The translations under genes were made by a program, and so were the position numbers. From the sequence record PP359696.1: 64,000 nt of DNA, one strand, 5' to 3'. The stretch is from Escherichia phage Ge15. Shown in pieces: positions 44,475-53,448 of this stretch (positions within the stretch are counted from its first letter, which is position 1; each line of letters opens with the position of its first letter). The notes beneath the pieces were generated by a model. It made no database searches. It was given only the letters and a program-made list of their open reading frames with translations, and was not told where the DNA came from.

Positions 44475-45143
44475 GCTTAGTCAGCCGTTGTCTCCGGGTG
44501 TGCCAAACGTGTTTACCGGATCATGCGCCAGAATGCGCTGTTGCTTGAGCGAAAACCTGCTGTACCGCCATCGAAACGGGCACATACAGGCAGAGTGGCC
44601 GTGAAAGAAAGCAATCAGCGATGGTGCTCTGACGGGTTCGAGTTCTGCTGTGATAACGGAGAGAGACTGCGTGTCACGTTCGCGCTGGACTGCTGTGATC
44701 GTGAGGCACTGCACTGGGCGGTCACTACCGGCGGCTTCAACAGTGAAACAGTACAGGACGTCATGCTGGGAGCGGTGGAACGCCGCTTCGGCAACGATCT
44801 TCCGTCGTCTCCAGTGGAGTGGCTGACGGATAATGGTTCATGCTACCGGGCTAATGAAACACGCCAGTTCGCCCGGATGTTGGGACTTGAACCGAAGAAC
44901 ACGGCGGTGCGGAGTCCGGAGAGTAACGGAATAGCAGAGAGCTTCGTGAAAACGATAAAGCGTGACTACATCAGTATCATGCCCAAACCAGACGGGTTAA
45001 CGGCAGCAAAGAACCTTGCAGAGGCGTTCGAGCATTATAACGAATGGCATCCGCATAGTGCGCTGGGTTATCGCTCGCCACGGGAATATCTGCGGCAGCG
45101 GGCTTGTAATGGGTTAAGTGATAACAGATGTCTGGAAATATAG
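44432..45143 (+). pseudogene. insD: IS2 insD (orfB transposase catalytic part), frame disrupted by internal deletion
   Basis: orfB reads [23 protein letters not shown] then shifts at about 44501; the downstream DDE region (44523-45143) is in another frame. Confidence 0.8.
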
Positions 45144-45367
45144 GGGCAAATCCAATAAACAATTGGAATTTACTTCCATTGATCTGTTTACTCAGTGGTT
45201 GTCACTTTTATCGAGAAAGGTTTGCAGAACGCGGGTTTTTTTATAAGGTTCCTGATGTACTGAGGGATTATTTATCAGCTATACCGCTGGAAATAAATGA
45301 AAAGGCACGATACAAACCCGGCATCGCTAACTATCACAATATCATCACATGTGGTTTTTCAACGTTG

Positions 45368-45616
45368 TTACCCTATATAAGGCACGGCACCATGACAAAT
45401 ACGGGTATTCGCGCCGATAACAACTTCACCTGCAGTTTCATCAATAATTACCTGGTCTGCAATCTGAATATTTTTCTCTTTAACATTAAGCTTCAGATAG
45501 TTTTTCAGTTCCTGTGACAGAAGGTTGGGAATAAGCGGTTGACGCTTCCACCAGTGCGGAATAGCGGGTGGGTTTGTCGCGCTGAGGTTCGCGTCCAGTA
45601 AAAAAGGCAATAAGTC
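45368..45616 (-). pseudogene. 3' fragment of a non-phage gene (C-terminal about 80 codons ending ...GANTRICHGAVPYIG)
   Basis: coding-like - strand frame ending at a stop at 45368-45370, truncated at the junction with phage repeat copy 2; higher GC than the phage. Confidence 0.5.
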
Positions 45617-46029
45617 GTTTATTGGATGGCGCGAGGAGAGCGTGACAATATTCCAAAAACCGCTCAGCGAGTTTATACATGGAATGATGTAGAAAATAAG
45701 CTTTTTTCGCCGAAGGAAAATAAAGAAAGTTTTGATAATGAAAAAGCTATAAAAGATGTAATTGAGAAGATGGTTAAAAACGATTCTTTTCGTTGGAACA
45801 CTACCTGGAGAACTCCTGGATTTAATCCGTATAATCCATATTATACACATCCATATAATCCATATTATACACACCCGTATCATATGAATCCATTCCATAC
45901 GTGGAGTTATACTAAGCCTGGTGATGCAGGGTATTTTAATAGATTTACTAGTGGTGATAATATTTTCCAAGGAGCATTCTAATGTTTGTCGTTCACACTA
46001 TTTATGAAAATGAAGGTAATACTACACGT
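45617..46029 (+). repeat. 413-bp direct repeat, copy 2
   Basis: identical to 43232-43644. Confidence 0.9.
45626..45982 (+). pseudogene. truncated duplicate of the 30.2-like gene 3' end (118 codons from internal Met)
   Basis: translation identical to the C-terminal 118 aa of the 42734-43597 product; upstream context is foreign. Confidence 0.6.
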
Positions 46030-46251
46030 GATTACGGTCACGTAAATCAATTTTTTAGATGCAATCCAGAATTCCGAGCTCAAAAAGACGAACGAATTTT
46101 TAAAAAATGTGTAGAGCAAGGTTTCATTTACGTCAAGCACTGGATGCAAGGAAATAAAGTTAGAACTACATATCATAAGTCTTTGCCTGAGCTTAATGAT
46201 GAATTGATTTATAATAGAGCTGTAAACCAAACTTTGAAGGATGAGCAATGA
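45982..46251 (+). CDS. hypothetical protein (30.1 position)
   Basis: 89-aa ORF; start overlaps the stop of the 30.2-like ORF (TAATG). Confidence 0.55.
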   Translation: MFVVHTIYENEGNTTRDYGHVNQFFRCNPEFRAQKDERIFKKCVEQGFIYVKHWMQGNKVRTTYHKSLPELNDELIYNRAVNQTLKDEQ

Positions 46252-47711
46252 TTCTTAAAATTCTGAATGAAATAGCATCTATTGGATCAACTAAACAGAA
46301 GCAAGCAATTCTTGAAAAGAATAAAGATAATGAATTGCTTAAACGGGTATATCGTCTGACTTATTCTCGTGGGTTACAGTATTATATCAAGAAATGGCCT
46401 AAACCTGGTATTGCTACCCAGAGTTTTGGAATGCTGACTATTACCGATATGCTTGACTTCATTGAATTCACGTTAGCTACTCGGAAATTGACCGGAAATG
46501 CTGCAATTGAGGAATTGACTGGATATATCACCGATGGTAAAAAGGATGATGTTGAAGTTTTGCGTCGAGTGATGATGCGAGACCTTGAATGCGGTGCTTC
46601 AGTATCTATTGCAAACAAAGTTTGGCCAGGTTTAATTCCTGAACAACCTCAAATGCTGGCAAGTTCTTATGATGAAAAGGGCATTAGTAAGAATATCAAA
46701 TTTCCAGCCTTTGCACAGTTAAAAGCAGATGGAGCCCGGTGTTTTGCTGAAGTTAGAGGCGATGAATTAGATGATGTTCGTCTTTTATCACGAGCTGGTA
46801 ATGAATATCTAGGATTAGATCTTCTTAAGGAAGAATTAATCAAAATGACTGCTGAAGCCCGCCAGATTCATCCAGAAGGTGTGTTAATTGATGGCGAATT
46901 GGTATACCATGAGCAAGTTAAAAAGGAACCAGAAGGCCTAGATTTTCTTTTTGATGCTTATCCTGAAATTAGTAAAGCTAAAGAATTCGCCGAAGTAGCG
47001 GAATCTCGTACTGCTTCTAATGGAATCGCCAATAAATCCTTAAAAGGAACCATTTCCGAAAAAGAAGCCAAATGCATGAAGTTTCAGGTCTGGGATTATG
47101 TCCCGTTGGTAGAAATATACGGTCTTCCGGCGTTTCGTTTAAAATATGATGTACGTTTTTCTAAACTAGAACAAATGACATCAGGATATGATAAAGTAAT
47201 TTTAATTGAAAACCAGGTAGTAAATAACCTAGATGAAGCTAAGGTAATTTATAAAAAATATATTGACCAAGGTCTTGAAGGTATTATTCTCAAAAATACC
47301 GATGGATTGTGGGAAAATGCTCGTTCAAAAAATCTCTATAAATTTAAAGAAGTAATTGATGTTGATTTAAAAATTGTAGGAATTTATCCTCACCGTAAAG
47401 ACCCTACTAAAGCAGGTGGATTTATTCTTGAATCAGAGTGTGGAAAAATTAAAGTAAATGCTGGTTCAGGCTTAAAAGATAAAGCCGGTGTAAAATCACA
47501 TGAACTTGACCGTACTCGCATTATGGAAAACCAAAATTATTATATTGGAAAAATTCTAGAGTGCGAATGCAACGGTTGGCTAAAATCTGATGGCCGCACT
47601 GATTACGTAAAATTATTTCTTCCAATTGCGATTCGTTTACGTGAAGATAAAACTAAAGCTAATACATTCGAGGATGTATTTGGTGATTTTCATGAGGTAA
47701 CTGGTCTATGA
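46248..47711 (+). CDS. 30: ATP-dependent DNA ligase
   Basis: 487-aa ORF near-identical to T4 DNA ligase from MILKILNEIASIGSTKQKQAIL...; adenylation lysine motif region present. Confidence 0.95.
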   Translation: MILKILNEIASIGSTKQKQAILEKNKDNELLKRVYRLTYSRGLQYYIKKWPKPGIATQSFGMLTITDMLDFIEFTLATRKLTGNAAIEELTGYITDGKKDDVEVLRRVMMRDLECGASVSIANKVWPGLIPEQPQMLASSYDEKGISKNIKFPAFAQLKADGARCFAEVRGDELDDVRLLSRAGNEYLGLDLLKEELIKMTAEARQIHPEGVLIDGELVYHEQVKKEPEGLDFLFDAYPEISKAKEFAEVAESRTASNGIANKSLKGTISEKEAKCMKFQVWDYVPLVEIYGLPAFRLKYDVRFSKLEQMTSGYDKVILIENQVVNNLDEAKVIYKKYIDQGLEGIILKNTDGLWENARSKNLYKFKEVIDVDLKIVGIYPHRKDPTKAGGFILESECGKIKVNAGSGLKDKAGVKSHELDRTRIMENQNYYIGKILECECNGWLKSDGRTDYVKLFLPIAIRLREDKTKANTFEDVFGDFHEVTGL

Positions 47712-47896
47712 AAGCTTACTTAGAAACAATTGTCGTTGCTCAAAAAGAAGGTGGAGATGTTTCTACTTCTGTATCACAAATTATGATTGAATTTATAGAT
47801 GCATATGCTTATAATAAATTCGCAGAAACATTTGATGCCTATGAAAAAGGTCCAAAGTTTGAAATATATCGTACTCTCTTACCAATAGATTATTAA
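47708..47896 (+). CDS. hypothetical protein
   Basis: 62-aa ORF coupled to ligase stop. Confidence 0.45.
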   Translation: MKAYLETIVVAQKEGGDVSTSVSQIMIEFIDAYAYNKFAETFDAYEKGPKFEIYRTLLPIDY

Positions 47897-47913
47897 AGGC
47901 CTTCGGGCCTTTA
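47896..47913 (+). terminator. hairpin aaaggccttcgggccttt
   Basis: GC stem with ttcg loop. Confidence 0.5.
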
Positions 47914-47945
47914 ATTTTATAAATAGAATAAACACTAGAGAGGAT

Positions 47946-50042
47946 ATGATGGAACTCATTACAGAATTATTTGACGAAGATACTACTCTTCCGATTACAA
48001 ACTTAAATCCAAAGAAGAAAATACCACAAATTTTTTCAGTTCATGTTGATGACGCAATTGAACAACCAGGCTTTCGTTTATGTACCTATACATCTGGAGG
48101 TGATACTAATCGCGATTTAAAGATGGGCGATAAAATGATGCATATTGTTCCTTTTACATTAACTGCTAAAGGTTCAATTGCTAAATTAAAAGGTCTCGGT
48201 CCAAGCCCAATTAATTACATCAATTCAGTTTTTACTGTTGCGATGCAGACGATGCGTCAGTATAAAATTGATGCCTGTATGCTTCGTATTCTTAAGTCTA
48301 AAACTGCTGGTCAAGCTCGTCAAATTCAACTTATTGCTGATAGACTTATCCGCAGTCGTTCAGGTGGCAGATACGTCCTTCTTAAGGAACTCTGGGATTA
48401 CGATAAAAAGTATGCATATATTCTTATACATCGCAAAAATGTATCACTAGAAGACATTCCAGGAGTTCCAGAAATTAGCACCGAGCTCTTTACTAAAGTT
48501 GAATCAAAGGTTGGTGATGTTTATATCAATAAAGATACTGGAGCTCAAGTAACTAAAAATGAGGCAATTGCTGCATCTATTGCGCAAGAAAACGATAAAC
48601 GTTCTGACCAAGCTGTAATCGTTAAAGTTAAAATTTCCCGTAGAGCAATTGCACAAAGTCAATCATTAGAATCTTCTAGATTTGAAAGTGAATTATTCCA
48701 AAAGTATGAATCTACCGCAGCTAATTTCAATAAACCTGCTACGGCTCCTTTAATTCCCGAAGCAGAAGAAATGAAGCTTGGAATTAATTCATTAGCTTCT
48801 AAAACTAAAGCAGCAAAAATTATTGCTGAAGGAACTGCAGATGAACTTCATTATGACTATAAATTCTTTTCAAAAAGTGAGGTTAATGAAGTTTCTGAAA
48901 AAATTAAAGATGTAATTCTTAATGCGATTAAAAATGAACCAACTACTTCAATAAAATGTTTAGAGAAATACGCAGCAGCTGTTAATCAATTATTTGAAGA
49001 ATATAAAGATAATTGGCTTGATAAACATAATAAAACCCGTAAAGGACAGCCAGATGAAGTCTGGGAAGAAATGACTAAAAATTCCTGGAACGCAGCAAAA
49101 ACTAAATTCCTCAAAAGAATGATTTACAGCTTTTCTGGAATTGGTGCAGGTCCAATGATTGATATTACTATTGCCCGTGATGGTTCTAAATATACTCCAT
49201 CACAAAAGCGTGGCATTAGAGAGTATTGCGGTTCAGGATATACTGACATCAATAATCTTCTTTTAGGACGCTACAATCCAGAACGATATGATGTAATGAG
49301 TGAAAAAGAAATTGAATCTGCTATAAATAACTTAGATTCAGCTTTTGAAAATGGTGACCGTATACCAGAAGGCATTACAGTTTATCGTGCTCAAAGCATG
49401 ACTGCTCCTATATACGAAGCACTAGTTAAAAATAAAGTGTTCTATTTCAGAAATTTTGTATCTACTTCTTTAACTCCTATCATTTTTGGACGTTTTGGAA
49501 TTACGCATACTGGTATTGGTCTTTTAGAACCAGAAGCTCGTAATGAATTGACAGTTGATAAAAATGAAGAAGGAATAACTATTAATCCAAGCGAAATAAG
49601 AGCGTATAAAGAAAATCCTGAATACGTTAAAGTTCAAATAGGATGGGCAATTGATGGAGCTCATAAAGTTAATGTTGTATATCCAGGAAGTCTCGGAATA
49701 GCAACAGAAGCTGAAGTTATTCTACCACGAGGATTGATGGTCAAAGTTAATAAAATAACTGATGCTTCTAATAATGACGGAACAACATCTAATAATACAA
49801 AACTCATTCAAGCTGAAGTTATGACTACGGAAGAACTCACCGAATCAGTCATTTATGACGGTGACCGTCTAATGGAAACTGGTGAAGTAGTTGCAATGAC
49901 AGGTGATATTGAAATAGAAGACAGAGTTGACTTTGCATCATTTGTTTCATCAAATGTTAAACAAAAAGTAGAATCATCTCTTGGAATTATTGCGTCTTGC
50001 ATAGATATTACAAACATGCCTTACAAGTTCGTTCAAGGATAA
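47946..50042 (+). CDS. alt: Alt-family ADP-ribosyltransferase (capsid-packaged, injected)
   Basis: 698-aa ORF; N-terminal MELITELFDE; position between ligase and baseplate genes as T4 alt. Confidence 0.75.
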   Translation: MMELITELFDEDTTLPITNLNPKKKIPQIFSVHVDDAIEQPGFRLCTYTSGGDTNRDLKMGDKMMHIVPFTLTAKGSIAKLKGLGPSPINYINSVFTVAMQTMRQYKIDACMLRILKSKTAGQARQIQLIADRLIRSRSGGRYVLLKELWDYDKKYAYILIHRKNVSLEDIPGVPEISTELFTKVESKVGDVYINKDTGAQVTKNEAIAASIAQENDKRSDQAVIVKVKISRRAIAQSQSLESSRFESELFQKYESTAANFNKPATAPLIPEAEEMKLGINSLASKTKAAKIIAEGTADELHYDYKFFSKSEVNEVSEKIKDVILNAIKNEPTTSIKCLEKYAAAVNQLFEEYKDNWLDKHNKTRKGQPDEVWEEMTKNSWNAAKTKFLKRMIYSFSGIGAGPMIDITIARDGSKYTPSQKRGIREYCGSGYTDINNLLLGRYNPERYDVMSEKEIESAINNLDSAFENGDRIPEGITVYRAQSMTAPIYEALVKNKVFYFRNFVSTSLTPIIFGRFGITHTGIGLLEPEARNELTVDKNEEGITINPSEIRAYKENPEYVKVQIGWAIDGAHKVNVVYPGSLGIATEAEVILPRGLMVKVNKITDASNNDGTTSNNTKLIQAEVMTTEELTESVIYDGDRLMETGEVVAMTGDIEIEDRVDFASFVSSNVKQKVESSLGIIASCIDITNMPYKFVQG

Positions 50043-50045
50043 ATC

Positions 50046-52103
50046 ATGGAACTTATTACAGAATTATTTGACGGCGCTTCGGCGCCGGTTGTTAACTTAA
50101 ATCCTAAGCATAAAATACCTCAAATTTTTGCTATTCAAACCGGTGAAGAAAGCGTGCTTCCTGGATTTAGATTTTGTACATACACCTCTGGCGGTGATAC
50201 AAATAAAAACGTTAAGCCAGGCGATAAAATGATGCATATCGTAATGATAGGTGTTAATGAGAAACTATCATTAGTTAAACTTAAAAACTTGGGTGGAAAT
50301 CCAATTGGTGTCATTAATGCGGTTTTTGATACTGCTCTTCAAACAATGAAACAGTATAAAATTGACGCATGCCTATTCCGCGTACTAAAAAGTAAAACAA
50401 ATGGTGCAGCTCGTCAAATGCAAGTTATTGCTGACCGTTTAGTACGTACTAAAGGAGCAGGTCGATATGTTCTTTTAAAGGAAATCTGGGATTACGATAA
50501 AAAGTATGCATATATTATGGTTTACCGTAAAAATGCCAATTTAGAAGACATTCCAGGTGTACCTCCTATTTCAACTGAGTTATTCACAAAAGTTGAATCA
50601 AAGGTTGGTGATGTTTATGTAGATGTTAAAACAGGTAATGCTGTTCCTAAAGCTGTTGCTGTTGCTGCTTCTATTGCTTTAGAAAATGATAAGCGCACGG
50701 ATCAAGCTGTTATTCAGAAAACTAAAATTAGTCGTCGATTGGCAGCACAAGCTCAATATTCTACTGTCGATGCTTCGCTTCAGGGTGATAGCTTCGCTGC
50801 CAAGAAATATCAAGAGTTTGAATCTAAAGTTCCGGTATATAAAGCAGAAGGACCAATGAACTCTGGTGTTATTCAGATTGGTTCAAACTTCAGCAAAGGA
50901 GCTATCGGTGGTATGAGAAGTGCTTCTCGTTTTAAATCTAACGATTATGAACTAGAAAGCTTCCGAAATCATATTGCATTGGCTCATGCACGTTTACGTG
51001 ATCCGTCTATCAGACTGCAGAGCGATATAACACATCAAGGTTCTCAAGAATATTTAAAGAATAAAGAATTTTTTGATTATAAAACCGATAAAATTTTGAG
51101 CGATCTCGCTGACATTAATATTTCTAATAGCTTTGATGTTATTAAGAAAATTATCAATGATTTAGTTAAAGGTTCTAAAGCCACGCCAGACGAAAAGGTA
51201 GCTATTATTCAATTTGTTATGAATGGCATTTATAAATTGATTAATGAATCTGCTGCTCAGGCATATGAATACGCAAGCACCGAAGTAACTCCAAAAGGAT
51301 TAACTCAGGCTGAGTCTGATGTAATAGAAGATTATTGTGCAGATTCATATGTTGAAATGAACTCGTTCCTCTTGGGTAAACCAGATTCTACCCGTGAAGA
51401 ATACATGGAACGAGCTATTAAACACATCGAGACAATGGATTCTGCATTCGCTAAAGGTTCAGTTCTTCCTCCAGGAACTACGCTTTATCGTGGACAAGAA
51501 GTTACTTTTAAAACTTTACGTCATAATATTGAAAATAAAATGTTCTATTTCAAGAACTTCGTATCCACATCGCTTAAACCAAATATCTTCGGTGAGCATG
51601 GTAAAAACTATATGGCTCTAGATGATTCCGGCGCAGTATTTTCTGGCGAAGGAGAAGGTTCAGTTGATGCTGAAGATTTAATGCATATGGGTAGTCACTC
51701 TGCTTATGCGAATGAAGACGCTGAAACTAGCGTAGGTATGGTAATTAAAGGGGCTGAGCGAATCAAAGTTATCGTTCCAGGTCATTTATCAGGATTTCCA
51801 TCAGAAGCTGAAGTTATTTTACCGCGTGGAATTTTGCTGAAGATTAATAAAGTGAGCACGTACATGATGAAAGAAACTGCTTATAATAAGTATCTAATCG
51901 AAGGCACAATCGTTCCTCCTTCTGAACAATTAGAAGAATCGGTATATGATGGCGATCATCTAATGGAAACTGGTGAAGTTCGTCCAATGGCTGGGTTTAA
52001 TCAATTCCTTGTAGAAGAATCAAAAGAAGAGGAAAACGAAGTTTCTCAAATCTTGGCTTCTTTGGTTAACATCAACGGAATGTCTAAAAAGTTCAAGATG
52101 TAG
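50046..52103 (+). CDS. Alt-like paralogue
   Basis: 685-aa ORF; same N-terminus MELITELFD and collinear similarity to the upstream alt product. Confidence 0.7.
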   Translation: MELITELFDGASAPVVNLNPKHKIPQIFAIQTGEESVLPGFRFCTYTSGGDTNKNVKPGDKMMHIVMIGVNEKLSLVKLKNLGGNPIGVINAVFDTALQTMKQYKIDACLFRVLKSKTNGAARQMQVIADRLVRTKGAGRYVLLKEIWDYDKKYAYIMVYRKNANLEDIPGVPPISTELFTKVESKVGDVYVDVKTGNAVPKAVAVAASIALENDKRTDQAVIQKTKISRRLAAQAQYSTVDASLQGDSFAAKKYQEFESKVPVYKAEGPMNSGVIQIGSNFSKGAIGGMRSASRFKSNDYELESFRNHIALAHARLRDPSIRLQSDITHQGSQEYLKNKEFFDYKTDKILSDLADINISNSFDVIKKIINDLVKGSKATPDEKVAIIQFVMNGIYKLINESAAQAYEYASTEVTPKGLTQAESDVIEDYCADSYVEMNSFLLGKPDSTREEYMERAIKHIETMDSAFAKGSVLPPGTTLYRGQEVTFKTLRHNIENKMFYFKNFVSTSLKPNIFGEHGKNYMALDDSGAVFSGEGEGSVDAEDLMHMGSHSAYANEDAETSVGMVIKGAERIKVIVPGHLSGFPSEAEVILPRGILLKINKVSTYMMKETAYNKYLIEGTIVPPSEQLEESVYDGDHLMETGEVRPMAGFNQFLVEESKEEENEVSQILASLVNINGMSKKFKM

Positions 52104-52132
52104 TTTACAAGTCCCTCGTGTTGTGTTACAAT
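52104..52132 (+). promoter_or_regulatory. T4-type early promoter (second copy of the 33700 cassette)
   Basis: gtttac 52104-52109, tacaat 52127-52132. Confidence 0.5.
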
Positions 52133-52163
52133 AGTTTTACTGACATAACATGAGGAACACAAA

Positions 52164-52454
52164 ATGAAATCTTCTTTACGCTTTTTAGGTCAAGAACTTG
52201 TAGTTGAAGGCGTTATTCCTGCTGATAACGCTTTTAATGAAGCAGTTTATGATGAATTTATCAAAATTTTTGGAACAGATAAAAAGTTCGGAATTTTTCC
52301 TTCTGAAAATTTTTTAAAGCCAGAACAGACTGAAAGCATTTTCCAGGGTGTAGTAACAGGTAAATTTGAGTCAGAAGCTCCGGTAAAAATTGAAGTTTAT
52401 ATTGAAGACAGTTTAGTTGCTTCAGTTGCTGCTTTTATTTCATTCCGTAAATAA
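52164..52454 (+). CDS. hypothetical protein
   Basis: 96-aa ORF with RBS gagg. Confidence 0.5.
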   Translation: MKSSLRFLGQELVVEGVIPADNAFNEAVYDEFIKIFGTDKKFGIFPSENFLKPEQTESIFQGVVTGKFESEAPVKIEVYIEDSLVASVAAFISFRK

Positions 52455-52460
52455 AAATAT

Positions 52461-52478
52461 GGGGACCGTTCGGTCCCC
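52461..52478. terminator. bidirectional hairpin terminator between convergent genes
   Basis: ggggaccgttcggtcccc. Confidence 0.55.
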
Positions 52479-52482
52479 ATTG

Positions 52483-53448
52483 TTATATTGCTCCTAATAT
52501 TTTACTTTGCGAGTTGACAATTCCCGTCATAGTATTAATGTTTGAAATGCTTCCAGCAGTTCCTCCTAATCTACTAAGTCGTGAAAGCGAATTAGATAAT
52601 CCAGTAACACCTCCACTATTTCCGAGAACGCTTTGAATGCCATTTATAGCAGCAGATTCAAGCCACTCAAGCGCAGCTTGTCTATCAACCGACCCAGCCT
52701 GCATGACTCTATACGCAAAAGTAACATCAAATGTAGTTATTTGGTTATCTCCATCATATGATAACTCAGGAGCGCTCACTGACACTGGAATGCATCCGGT
52801 GAACATCACTGCAGTATGAGGTAATCCATTACGAGCATGAAGATTAACCTGAATATCTGCCTCGACATCTTGTGGCAAAGCACGCAGTCCAGTTACTGGG
52901 TCTTGAACAGCGTTAACCCAGTCTTGCATTGCACGATAGTTACAAGCTTCTGAATCCATTCTAAATGAAATAACCAAAGGGTCTAATTCTCTCCCAGTTA
53001 TACGAATATTAGGAGAGTTATAGTTCCAGTCAGTTTCATAGGATAATCTATTCTCTGGCATTTTTACAGAATATATCATCAATCCAGATGAATTATACGC
53101 CATATTAAAGAAGTCAATTAAATATGTACCAACTGTAAATGAGCCCAATAAACTTTGAACTGTACGTTGACTCATGGCACCAATAAGATATTTACTAACC
53201 CCTGATTTTCTTATCAGTTTTTGTGTGCCAGCAGTAATTAGCGTGGTAATTCCCTGATTAATATCGCCTTGAGTCAATCCTAACCAGTCTGAATTTAGAC
53301 CCAAGTTATTATAAGAAAAGTTGCTAATTGAACTTATCAACGAAGAGCTTTTAGTTGATGGAGTTGTCGCAAAAACGCAGCTAAACATATTATTACGTTG
53401 AAAATCTGCGTTTATTGCTTGATTATTAAATTCCTCTAAAGAATACAT
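52483..53448 (-). CDS. 54: baseplate tail tube initiator gp54
   Basis: 321-aa ORF; synteny 29-48-54. Confidence 0.8.
   Translation of the reverse strand: MYSLEEFNNQAINADFQRNNMFSCVFATTPSTKSSSLISSISNFSYNNLGLNSDWLGLTQGDINQGITTLITAGTQKLIRKSGVSKYLIGAMSQRTVQSLLGSFTVGTYLIDFFNMAYNSSGLMIYSVKMPENRLSYETDWNYNSPNIRITGRELDPLVISFRMDSEACNYRAMQDWVNAVQDPVTGLRALPQDVEADIQVNLHARNGLPHTAVMFTGCIPVSVSAPELSYDGDNQITTFDVTFAYRVMQAGSVDRQAALEWLESAAINGIQSVLGNSGGVTGLSNSLSRLSRLGGTAGSISNINTMTGIVNSQSKILGAI

Larger units (their letters stand above)
44018..45154 (+). mobile_element. IS2 (IS3 family) with internal deletion
   Basis: termini TAGACTGGCCCCCTGAATCTCCAGACAACC... and ...TCTGGAAATATAGGGGCAAATCCA; encodes InsC and a disrupted InsD; about 1137 bp versus roughly 1.33 kb canonical (from memory). 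Confidence 0.85.

Noticed and set aside
44013-45159. Searched for a 5-bp target-site duplication flanking IS2
   Set aside because: Flanks are ttgat and ataaa; no direct repeat, so a simple in-situ transposition is not supported.
45128-45517. 129-codon + strand ORF starting inside the IS2 right end
   Set aside because: Runs from the IS2 terminal repeat across non-coding DNA and antisense to the foreign gene fragment; no RBS; artefact of the junction.
45368-45970. 200-codon and 64-codon - strand ORFs spanning the junction at 45616/45617
   Set aside because: They are chimeras of the antisense strand of the duplicated phage segment fused to the foreign gene fragment; not a native gene.
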